Shown: positions 52,650 through 64,000 of the stretch, one piece after another
Position numbering within the stretch: position 1 is the stretch's first letter
Layout of the letters: each line of letters opens with the position of its first letter
Assembly (NCBI GenBank): GCA_024679065.1
Contig: JAGIQG010000003.1
Location: 109,182,001-109,246,000, forward strand
DNA length: 64,000 nucleotides
DNA from: Sphyrna mokarran
Lineage: Eukaryota
Reading direction: 5' to 3'
The notes under the pieces: generated by a model
What the model was told of the DNA's origin: nothing
Databases searched by the model: none
The model's input: the letters and a program-made list of their open reading frames with translations, nothing else
Made by a program: the position numbers and the translations under genes

Positions 52650-53932
52650 TTAAGAGGTGATGTTTATTTCTGGGATGATTAATTTAGGATTGAGCAGAGT
52701 TGACTTGGATTGACAAGAGAAATCATGTTTAACAAACCTGTTTAGAATTTTTTTGAGAATGTAGTTAGCAGAATTGATAATGAAATCATTGAATATGGTA
52801 TGTTTAGATTTTTTTGAAAGCTTTTGGTACGTTCCCACATGTGTTAGTAAGTAAAATTTGCATGGATTTGGAATTGGTTAACTGACAGAAAACAAAAATG
52901 AGTAGGATTAAATGCATTACTTGCAAACTGACTAGAAGGATCCTGCAAGCATCAGTGAGTGGTTGTGCATAGCTGGAGCCCCAATCTATATCAGTGATTT
53001 GGATGTAGGAGTTCAATGCAATATTTCTAAATTAAGTTTTTCATCTTGCATTCCATCAGGATAATCACAAGAATACTAATGTCAGGATGAAACAACAAAC
53101 TTGTACTGTTTAAGTGTGTTGGTTGGCAAGTGAACTTTAGTGGAGGTGTTGCCATGGCGAAGGCACCAGTTAATGGAGACAGACATTTAAATGCCAACAT
53201 TGTTTAAAAATTTAAATCAGGCAGCTTGATTTTGAGCAAGACATTGCTCTGAGGAATATACAGTAAATGGCCACCATTTATTTTGTTTGGCTGAAATTGG
53301 TGCAATTCTGCAAAGACCAGGGTGCTATTTATATATACTTCCAGTAGTTTCCAAAACTTGGTGCAAGTGTGAGAGAATGCAATGACACTTGACAAAATTT
53401 GGAGAGATGTAGTGAGTGGGCAAAAAAATCTGGCACATGGAATACAGTGTGGAGGTTATCTAATTCAGTAGGAAAATCAGAAATACAAAGTATTTAAGTC
53501 AGGATACCAACGTCGCTTTGAATTTCCAGTGTGAGTCACCTAAAAGCTAAAATGTGAGTACAACAAGCAATTAAGAAAGCAAATAGTCTACTAATCATTA
53601 CCTCCAAGAAGATTTGCACACAGAAATAAAGATATTTTACTGCAATTTATATAGAGCCTTGATAACACACCTAGATTGTTGTGAGGATATTCTTTAATTT
53701 CCTTACCTAAAGAAAGATATATTTATCAAAGAGAGAATGCAACAAACGCTCACCAAATTAATTCCTGGTTTGGAGGGATTGCCCAATGTGGGAAATATTA
53801 AATAGACTGGTCCTTTTATTCTCTAGGCTCAAACATTTTTAGAGGGATTGACCGGGTAGACATAGGAAAGGTTTTGTACTGGCTGTGCAGCATCTAAAGA
53901 AGCAGTCTCAGAATAAGGGAAGGGCCATTTAA
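52650..53932 (+). mobile_element. Old CR1-type LINE (continues at 54880-55196 and 57373-57460)
   Basis: Degraded RT-coding similarity; its 3' part is split by later insertions. Confidence 0.65.
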
Positions 53933-54879
53933 AGAACAAAACAGCATGGGAAACAGGCCCTTCGGCCCAACAAGCCCACGCTGCCACCTTGATGTTCCCA
54001 CCTCTACCTGTGATCCCTGTCTATGTTTATAGATCTATGGATTAAAAAGCAAATTTGTGACAATTTAGGGAGAATTTCTTTTGTCAATTAGCCTAAGAGC
54101 ACATCTTTGGGATGTGGGAGGAAACCGGAGCTCCTGGAGAAAACCCACGCAAGCACGGGGAGAATGCACAAACTCCCATAGACACAGGCCCAAATCCATG
54201 TATCCGCATAGTACAGCAATAGTCACTGAGCTGTCGTGTTGACCATCAAATGGTCCAGGTCAAGCATACAGTAACGACATGAAGCGCTAGGATAATCTCA
54301 AAAATCCAAGAGCAGACCTCACAACCCATTGCCTGTATGCCCCTTGTTAGACAACAAGGTGGACCAAAGCACCTGTCAGATAAAAACAAGTACATCAATA
54401 TCATCATCTATTTATACACTTCCCAGGGACTCCCAAGGCTCATGATTCCTATTTTAAATCAGTTTTCTATACCCCTCCATTCCCATTCTGTTCATGTGCC
54501 CATCTAAGTATTTAAATAATTCCACAGTGCCTGCCTCCATGACTTTACTTGGCAGCACATTCCATACCCCCACACGTGTGTGTGTGTGGTGGGGGGACTC
54601 CCTCTAGCGTCCAAATTAACTTTACCCACTCACCCTAAGCTCGTGCCATTCGAGTCCATCCTAGGAAAAAGCTTCACCCGGTTTAATGTATCTATACCCC
54701 TCATAATCTTGTACACCTCTATTGGATCTCCTCTAAGTCTACGTCTTTCTAAGGAAAACAGTCCCCACTTGCCTAACCTCTCCTCATAGCTCAGACCTTC
54801 CATTACCAGGCAACATCCTGGTAAACCTCCTCTGCGCTCTCTCTCCAGACCACGTCCTTCCAGTAGTAAGGCGACCAGA
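53933..54879 (-). mobile_element. Second copy of the long-3'-UTR CR1 LINE family
   Basis: Colinear high similarity with 20576-21537. Confidence 0.88.
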
Positions 54880-55196
54880 CTAAAATTAGGAGAAATTTCT
54901 TCAGGAGAAGAAATTCTCACTGTGGAATTATTTAAGAAATACTTAGTTGGGCACATGAACAGAATGGGAATGGAGAGGTATAGAAAACTGATATGAAATA
55001 GGAATCATGAGCCTTGGGAGTCCCTAGGAAGTGTGTAAATAGATGATGATATTGATTTCTTCAGGTGGGAGAAATATTTGTAATTCTCTACCTTAAGGGC
55101 AATGGAGGCTCAGTCATTGAAATTGATAGATTTCTGTATATTTAAAACACTTAAGGGATATAAGAATAGTACAAGAAAATGGCATTGAAGTAGAAG

Positions 55197-57372
55197 TGAC
55201 GTAGAGATGTCGGTGTTGGACTGGGGTAAACTCAGTAAAGTTTCACAACACCAATTTTAAATCCAACCAATTTATTTGATAGTGTCAAAAGCTTGCGAAT
55301 TTACTATGTGCCTTCGTCAGGCAAATGCAGTGTTCTGGCCTGCAGTAGCACTCATACCAACACAAACAGTCATAGATTGCTGATTAGAATGCGAATCCTT
55401 ACATCTAACCTGCTATTCAAGTGTTAGTGGCTAACAATGTGTGTGAAGGGAATCCTGAGCATTGGTTAGAGAATTGTGTATTTTCTCCAGACAGCACAGT
55501 AAGTGAGGTTTTTTGCTAACCCAGGCAAGTTACGGGGGTTACAGATAGTGTGTCATGAAGCCAAGATCCCTACTAAGACCGTCTTCTTGAGTGCAGAACT
55601 GAAATCCTGAAACCCATTGTACAAAGAACCCCCAGCTTTTGTCTTAACACTACGGACTTCCCACAGAAACTCAGCACACGTGGAGCAGTTGAACCAGGGA
55701 CACTCCTTGTCACAATGGATATCTCGGCGCTCTACACCAACATCCCCTACGACGATGGTATTGCTGCAACTGCCTCAGTACTCTATGCCAACAACTGCCA
55801 GTTTCCGGATGCAATTTTACAACTCATCCGCTTCATCTTGGACCACAATGTCTTCACCTTCAACAATCAGCTTTTCATCCAGACACATGGAACAGCCATG
55901 GGGACCAAATTTGCACCTCAGTATGCCAACATCTTCATGCACAGGTTCGAACAAGACTTCTTCACCACACGAGATCTCCAACCAAGGTTATATACTAGAT
56001 ACATTGATGACATCTTTTTCCTTTGGACTCATGGTGAACAATCATTGAAACAACTGTATGATGATATCAACAAGTTCCATCTAGACTCACCATGGACTAT
56101 TCTCCAGAATCAGTTGCATTCTTGGACACACGCATCTCCATCAAGGACGAGCACCTCACTGTACCGCAAACCGACAGACAACCTCACAATGCTCCACTTC
56201 TCCAGCTTCCACCCTAGACACATTTAAAGAAGCCATTCCCTGTGGACAAGCCCTCCGTATACACAGAATTTGCTCAGATGAGGAGGATCGTGACAGACAC
56301 CTCCAGACGCTGAAGGATGCCCTCGTGAGAACAGGATATGGCGCTCAACTCCTTGATCGACAATTCCGACGTGCCACAGCGATAAACCGCACTGACCTCC
56401 TCAGAAGACGGACAGAGTACCCTTTGTTGTCCAGTACTTCCCTGGAGCGGAGAAGCTACGACATCTTCTCCGGAGTCTTCAACATGTCATTGATGACGAT
56501 GAACATCTCACTAGGGCCATCCTCACACCACCACCACCCCCCCCACTTCTTGCTTTCAGACAACTGCACAACCTCAAACAGATCATTGTTCGCAGCAAAC
56601 TACCCAACCTTCAGGAGAACAGTGACCACAATACCCCACAACCCTGCCACAGCAACCTCTGCAAGACATGCCGGATCATAGACATGGACGACATCATCAA
56701 ACGTGAGGATACCATTCACCAGGGGCACGGTACATACTCTTGCAACTCGGCCAACGTTGTCTACCTAATACGTTGCAAGAAAGGATGTCCCGAAGCATGG
56801 TACATTGGGGAGACCATGCAGACACTACGACAGCGGAGGAATGAGCATCGCTCAACAATCACCAGGCAAAACAGTTCCCTTCCTGTGGGCGAACACTTCA
56901 GCAGTCATGGGCATTTGGCCTCCGACCTGCAGGTAAATGTTCTTCAAGGGGGCCTTCGTGACACACGACAGCGCAGAGTTGCTGAGCAGAGACTGATAGC
57001 CAAGTTCCGCACACATGAGGACGGTCTTAACAGGGATCTTGGCTTCATGTCACACTATCTGTAACCCCAGTAACTTGCCTGGATTAGCAAAAAACCTCAC
57101 TTACTGTGCTGTCTGGAGAAAATACACAATTCTCAAACCAATGCTCAGGATTCCCTTCACACACATTGTTAGCCACTTTAACACTTGAATAGCAGGTTAG
57201 ATGTAAGGATTCGCATTCTAATCAGCAATCTATGACTGTCTGTGTTGGTATGAGTGCTATTGCAGACCAGAACACGGCATTTGCCTGACGAAGGCACATA
57301 GTGTCGAAAGCTTGCGAATTTACTATCAAATAAATTGGTTGGATTTAAAATTGGTGTTGTGAAACTTTACTG
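55197..57372 (+). mobile_element. Penelope-like retroelement (Neptune-like), 5'-truncated and frameshifted, with ~370-bp inverted terminal arms
   Basis: RT motifs MDISALYTNIP, QTHGTAMGTKFAPQYANIFM, RYIDDIF; Cys-rich linker and GIY-YIG endonuclease (NVVYLIRC..AWYIGET); 55233-55600 is the reverse complement of 57003-57372; 13-bp TSD attgaagtagaag at 55184-55196 and 57373-57385. Confidence 0.92.
57279..57318 (+). ncRNA. Minimal type I hammerhead ribozyme motif of the PLE
   Basis: atttgc-CTGACGA-a-ggcac(ata)gtgtc-GAAA-GC-TT-gcgaat: intact core, 5-bp stem II, palindromic AGCT stem III, 6-bp stem I. Confidence 0.8.
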
Positions 57373-57960
57373 ATTGAAGTAGAAGAGCAGCCATTATCTC
57401 ACTAAATGGCAGAGCAGGCTTGAGGGACTGAATGGCATGCTTCTATTTCTTAATTCGCATGTTGAAATGGCACTTTTGGTGCTTGATTAAAGGATTATCC
57501 TTCATGTATGAGCTTGGCCTTTTTACTGGGGTATTATAGCTGTGTCTGATCTTGTTCCTGAATCTGCACATCTTGCTTCCCAGCAATGATCACAATTAGC
57601 ATTTCCCCTTGTTGAAATCTGTTAGTGCTTTTACTGCCAGCCATACTAAATTAACTCAGCATAAACCAGAATTGTTGTATGGCATACTTATATGGGCATT
57701 TAACAGATAACCCATTTCAGAGCTGCTGTTTCGATGTCTGTAGTGCAACATGACATCAGCACAGTAAGGATACAGGAAGTTTAAAGAACATGAAGTAGGA
57801 TGGATTTTGGGAAGTTTGGGAGAAGAAGGTGAAGAAAGTCCAACTGATAAATTATAAAAGAAATAGTATTTGAGCAGGAATACACCAGATGCCAGGTAGC
57901 ATTAAGCAAGCACAACAGATAATGGGTGGAATTTTTCAGCCAGATAAATCTGAGTAATTT

Positions 57961-59734
57961 CAGTAAGAAGTCTCTGAAGACCAGGTTAAAGTCCAACAGG
58001 TTTATTTGGTAGTAAATGCCACTAGCTTGAGGAGCGCTGCTCCTTTATCAGGTGAGTGGGGGAGTTCTGATCGCAAACAGGACATATAAAGGTACACAGT
58101 TTACAGAATACTCATTTAGAATGCGAGTCTTTACACCTAATCAATTCTTAAAGGTGCAGACAATGAGAGTGGCGATAGCATTATGCATGAGTTAAGATAA
58201 GACAGTAAGTGAAATGTTGCAAGTCAGGGGGGTTACAGGTAGCGTGACGTGAACCCAAGATCCTGGTTGACACTGTCCTCGTGTGTGGAACACGGCTATC
58301 AGTTTCTGCTGTGTGACTCTGCACTGTCGTATGTCGTGAAGGCTGCCTTGGAGAATGTTTACCTGAAGATCAGAGGCCAAATGCCCATGACCACTGAAAT
58401 ATTCGCCAACAGGAAGGGAACAGTCTTGCCTGGTGATTGTCGAGTGGTGTCCACTTATCTGTTGTCGTAGTATCTGCAGCAGACATCTCCAGACATTGAA
58501 AGATGCCTTCGTAAGAACAGGATATGGCGCGCAACTCATTGACAGTTCTGACACACCACAGCAAAAAATCGCACTGACCTCCTCAGAAGACTAACATGGG
58601 ACATGGTGGACAGAGTACCCTTCGTCATCCAGTACTTCCCAGGAGCAGAGAAGCTATGACATATTCTCTGGAGTCTTCAGCATGTCATTGAAGACTAACA
58701 TCTTGCCAAGACCATCCCCACACTCCCATGTCTTGCCTTCAAACAACCGCACAACCTCAAACAGATCATTGTCCACAGCAAAACTACTCCTTCAGGAGAA
58801 CAGTGACCATAACACCCCACAACCCTGCCACAGCAACCTCCTACAAGACGAATATTTCAGTGGTCATGGGCATTTGGCCTCTGATCTTCAGGTAAACATT
58901 CTCCAAGGCAGCCTTCATGACATACGACAGTGCAGAGTCACACAGCAGAAACTGATAGCCATGTTCCACACACGAGGACAGTGTCAACCAGGATTTTGGG
59001 TTCACGTCACGCTACCTGTAACCCCCTAGACCATTGACATGGGTGCTATCATCTTGCATGAGAACACTGTCCACCAGGTACACGGCATCTATTCTTGCAA
59101 CTTGGCCAATGTTGTCTACTTGATACGTTGCAAGAAAGGACGTCCCGAGGCATGGTACATTTGGGAAGACCATAAAAACACTACGACAAGGATGTATGGA
59201 CACCGCTCGACAATCACCAGGCAAGACTGTTCCCTTCCTGTTGGCGAACACTTCAGTGGTTGCGGGCATTTGGGTAAATGTTCTCCAAGGCAGCCTTCAC
59301 GACACATGGTAGTACAGAGTTGCTGAGCAGAAACAGCCAAGTTCTGCACACATGAGGATAGACTCAACCAGGATCTTGGGTTCTTGTCACTATCCATAAC
59401 CTCCATGATTTGCCTGGGCTTGCAACATCTCACTGATCTGGCGAAAATACACATCTCCTTTTAACTTATGCTTAATACTATCTCCACTCACGTTGTCTGC
59501 ACCTTTTTGAGACTTTATTAGATGTAAAGACTCATTATTCTAAATGAATATTCTGTAAACTGGTGTCCCTTTTATATGCCCTGTTCGTGATCAGAGCTCC
59601 CCACTCATCTGACAAAGGAGCAGTGCTCCAAAAGCTAGTGGCATTTACTACTGAATAATCTGTTGGACTTCAACCTGGTGTTGCGAGACTTCTTACTGTG
59701 CTTACCCCAGTCCAACACAGACATTTCCATATAA
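57961..59734 (+). mobile_element. Older rearranged Penelope-like element with inverted arms
   Basis: Decayed GIY-YIG coding segments on both strands; left arm from 57961 is the reverse complement of the right arm ending near 59698; decayed hammerheads near 58020-58054 (-) and 59609-59640 (+); taatttcagt repeated at 57955 and 59735. Confidence 0.85.
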
Positions 59735-60272
59735 TAATTTCAGTGCCAGCTATCATATTTAAAATGGGAGCTAGATAAGAATTACTCTTATTTTGGCACT
59801 GTTTTCAAGCAGTAATGAGAAATGGTGATAGAATGGATAATCTGTGCATCTCTTTCTCTGTTCACTCCCCACCTCTACCCCGCTGCCTGTTACACACTCT
59901 CTAATTGCTCTTTTTAAAAAAAAACTTCCCATTCTACCAGGATGGATTCATTTGGACATGGAGTGACTCATGATCTCTTTCTAGAATTTTGTATGAATTC
60001 AAATAAACCAATTCATGTATTTAGTAATGTGCTACTAAATTTAATTGGAATATGCAAGTACACTGGAATAACTTTGATTAAAACTCAGTAGCTTGTTTAT
60101 ATCATCCCTTGCCGCTCATTTATGAGACTACCTGACTACAGAATCTTTTGTAATAATTTCAAAAGTGTTAATTTGCTTTCTTATTTAGCTTGTATGCTAT
60201 TTATGAAGCCTGATTTTTGAAACTATCATCAGTGTTATTTTTTATAGACTAATCATAGTTTTAATTTTGTAG

Positions 60273-60364
60273 GAACTAATATCACTTTAGTTGCGCACTC
60301 CAAAAGTGTGGGACATTGCCTGGATGCAGCTGTTGCCCTTGCAAAGGAAGGCATTGACTGTGAG
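60273..60364 (+). CDS. PDHB: PDHB exon 8
   Basis: TNITLVAHSKSVGHCLDAAVALAKEGIDCE; ag/gtaagt. Confidence 0.95.
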
Positions 60365-61365
60365 GTAAGTGATTGTAAGACTAGTCTAGAAAAACTGAAA
60401 TGGAAGGAAGTATTTATAACAAGTAGAAATTATGAATGTAAATAAAACATTGAGTAATCAATCAAACATGTTTTAGCCTTTTCAGTAGTTAATATATAAC
60501 TTGCACCAAGACTAGTTTGTACAGTCTTTTTTAAATTCCTCTGCCCAAGCAATCCTTGTATATTCCTTCTGTAACAATACTTGAGAGATTTTTGTCTCAA
60601 GTATTGGGCATTTTATTAAAACACACATCAATCTCTAGTTACAAATCTGGAAGAACAACAGTAGTGAAATATCTTTCAAGGAAAGCATTTGATTTTGTTT
60701 TCTTTTTAAATGTTGCTTCAAATAACCTAAACTGGATACTAATTACTTTTTGTGCAGACGGGTAAATTAACTTGGGAATCTTGGTGTGGCAATGTGAAGA
60801 GCTGAGATGCCTGGTAGCTGAGACATCCAAGTTAGCGATTGCCTATATTAATGATCAGCTCCCTCTAAGTGTTTACCTTGGTGCTACTAAAATGTGGGCT
60901 TACAAGTATTCAGCAATTCAAAATTAAGATAAGAGGAAGAGATCATCTTTGAAAGACGTTTTACAAATACTGAAGAATTTCACTAAGTTTTATCATTTGA
61001 TTTTAAAAAATAAACCCAAGACTCTTGACTCGACAAGTTAACTCAACAGGAGCTGGTGTACTTCAAACAAATTTTAATCTGCAATTTCTAGAAGTGTGTA
61101 CAGAAAACTGATTCCAATAATTTGAACTTGATCACTCATGCAGATTTATTAGCTCAGCTTCATGACTGGCAATAGCATTCTGCCAAACAACTGACCTATT
61201 CTTTGAGAGAATTGTATTTTACTAAATTTTGTTTATTCCTTGAAGTTTACACAGCTTTATTTTAAATTGAATTGCAATAATTCAATTTTTATAGCTTTGT
61301 CTTGACTTTTCACCCAGGAATGGTAGTAAGTTGTGCCTTGAATAATATCATTTGTATAATTTCAG

Positions 61366-61507
61366 GTCATTAATATGCGGACCATCCGACCCATGGATAT
61401 TGAAACAATTGAAAATAGTGTGATGAAGACCAATCATCTGATAACAGTTGAGGGTGGTTGGCCGCAGTTTGGAGTGGGTGCTGAAATCTGTGCCAGAATT
61501 ATGGAAG
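61366..61507 (+). CDS. PDHB: PDHB exon 9
   Basis: [47 protein letters not shown]; ag/gtaaat. Confidence 0.97.
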
Positions 61508-61681
61508 GTAAATTATTGGATAAGTAATAATCTGAGATATTAGTTTTCTAACTTTTGTTACTAATTTCATATGCATTAAAATTTATTTTGTAGATTTTTG
61601 AAATTGTGATGAACATTTTGAATTATGTAGTATTAAAATACTTGTTTGCAGTCTTGCTAAATTATTATTATTTCTTTGCAG

Positions 61682-61827
61682 GACCTGCATTTAACTACCT
61701 GGATGCCCCTGCTGTGCGTGTCACTGGTGCTGATGTTCCTATGCCTTATGCAAGGATCTTGGAAGACAACTCCACACCTCAGATTAAAGATGTAATGTTT
61801 TCAGTCAAGAAGGTGCTCAATGTGTAA
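61682..61827 (+). CDS. PDHB: PDHB exon 10 (last)
   Basis: [48 protein letters not shown]; the ten exons total 1080 nt = 359 aa + stop. Confidence 0.97.
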
Positions 61828-64000
61828 TTGCACTTGCTGTTGTTTTCCCACCACTCCAATCTCCAACTCCTTTCACTGATGTAAGCTCAATAATTGCTGC
61901 TGTATCCTACAGGAAGGATGGAAAATACAAAAGATTTTGTACCACATAGTTGTTGGGAAATTGTGCTACAGTCAAAATAATCTCATGGGGAAGCTTATTT
62001 TGATTGGAAATTCCTCACTCCCTAGTTAGTGTATTTTAATGCTCAATAGGAGACAGTGCTGCAAGATAAGAATCTCAAACGCCATGTTCACATAAAACAT
62101 AATTCAGATGCCAGAGATGATCCTAAAAAAATTAGATCATGCTTTCATTCAAATCCCTGTTTTCTGTTGTTCCAAATCAGCTGCACTGTTTCCTGATGAG
62201 TAGATCTAGCTAGGAAAGCTTTTGCCCTTTTACTGACCATCAGTAAAGTGATAGTTTTAAAAAAAAGTTTGGGCAGCTCTATTTAAATTTAAACTTGTAT
62301 ATTACTTGATTGACAGGTCCTTTTTTTAAAATACTCAAATTTCTGTAACTGGTCACTTGGAGTTCTATGAAAATGTTGTGGCATTAATACTCAACTATTT
62401 ATAAACTTATTTTGAAAACGCACACCTGGTTAGTTAACAAAGATTAATCTCTTGCTATGTTTTTTGTTCTGTATTCCAGTGTCAATGACAGATATTGTAA
62501 ACATTCTTTGTGGCATTCTTATAAAGATTATGTGGGCTGATTAGTCATGTATATAACTCTAGTGAAACTAGTTAAATGGAATTAAAGTTTAAATAGACCA
62601 AGTCTACTTGGGAAAATGACTCTTCCTCTCAAAAATCCTTCTTAATAACTCCATGTCCAAATATTACTGAACACAGTTCCTCTTGCCAAGTAAAGCAGTA
62701 TGTAAATGTAAAGGACAAGCAGTTTGACTTGAAACAAAGCTGGTTTAAGTTGCATAATTTTCAGAATAGGAGACCCTGTTGGTCCAATTGAGTCTGTACT
62801 GGCACTTTGATTTCCCCCTGCCATAGCCCTATAACCTTGTACACTTTTCAGATAGTTTTGATCAAGGGAATTGAATTTCTGTCTCCAGCACTCTCGGGAG
62901 ATTTGGATGAGACACCAACCACCCTCTGGTGAAAGTATTTCCTTGCATCACTTTTCCTTTTGCCAATTATGTTAAATTATGCCCTCTACTTTTTGAAGGG
63001 AGTTGGTTTTTCACTATTTGCCTAGGCCATACCCCTAGGATCTTGAATGCTGTATCTTCTCAGGCCATCTTTTCTTCAGTCTCTCCTCATAGCTATAATT
63101 GTTTTTCCCTGAAATCATTTTTTTTTTTTTTTTGTGACTCTTCTCTGTACTTGCCAATGCCTTCACATCTTTCAAGCCTGGTGTTCAGAGCTGGATGCTG
63201 TACTCAAGATGAGGTCTTGCACAAGTTCAACATGATCTCCTTTTATACTTCAGTAAGTTATAACCAAGGAAATGGGTTTAAACAAGATTATTTTTGTTGC
63301 CTAGTTATTTGATTCAGGCACTGTTAGGTTAGTGATAAGTTTGCATTTTAATTAGAGGTGGCATAAGAACCCCAGTCACTGGGCAGAAATCAAACTATAG
63401 ATTTAGGTATCAGAAATGGGTTGCAATAGTATTGGAGTGCCTGGATAACAAGATTTTAAGATACCAAGTCACATTAAGTATTTTCATGTTTAAAAAATTT
63501 AACTGTAGTGGTTGTGTTTAAAACTCACTCTTATAACAACACACTCCACAAAACTCATGGCAAAATTCAGTTTATCTGACAGTCCAATTTTGTCACTGAA
63601 GAAGGTTTGTAAACTTTAAGTGATAGAGGTTGGAGAACTCCTAAAGTTTCCCCATGCACCATACATTATAGTATCTATAATGAAACCAAAACTTATTTCT
63701 TGCTCTGCATCAAGGATTGTGATATTCTAAATAAATCTGAAAATTTGCTTTGAATTGGGAGGAGTAGGAACTTTTAGAATCATTGAAAATTGAAATGAGC
63801 ATGTGCAACAATCAGATCTCATGCATTCACAGTAAAAATAGTCTATAGTCTAATGGATAAGTGAAACTTCTTGGGTCTTGTTCAATATTCATTAACGTCA
63901 CATTTAGTAAAATGGCAGCTTGCCATTCAAAATCTAAGTCCTATATATTTCTGAAATAATAGATCAGTATCTTTGACAGGAATAGTTGAAGACTTCCACT

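Noticed and set aside
55617-57064. Autonomous or domesticated RT gene
   Set aside because: 5'-truncated, with frameshifts and small deletions splitting RT, linker and endonuclease
1-64000. CRISPR arrays, operons or other prokaryotic systems
   Set aside because: Spliceosomal genes and vertebrate retroelements throughout; no regularly spaced repeat-spacer array seen

Overview
Eukaryotic vertebrate genomic DNA, most likely a shark or other elasmobranch judging by its repeat families. It is AT-rich, with spliced genes and repeat-dense introns. Three genes can be built exon by exon with consistent reading phases. (1) ACOX2 (+): 13 coding exons from 1701 to 34954, 5' end upstream of the window, ending in the PTS1 signal SKL, with one GC-AG intron. 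(2) KCTD6 (-): 2 coding exons, 237 aa. (3) PDHB (+): 10 coding exons, 359 aa. Their order and relative orientation match the human ACOX2-KCTD6-PDHB block. Introns hold CR1/L2-type LINEs, Rex/Babar LINEs, HE1/V-type and Deu-type SINEs and a probable MITE. The most unusual component is a family of Penelope-like elements (RT + GIY-YIG) and short derivatives. They are built as long inverted repeats and carry minimal hammerhead ribozyme motifs. One copy has a 19-bp micro-inversion through the ribozyme core, and another has copied host flank DNA into its palindrome. Several locally templated insertions and inversions are also visible. All alignments were made by eye, and repeat boundaries are approximate.
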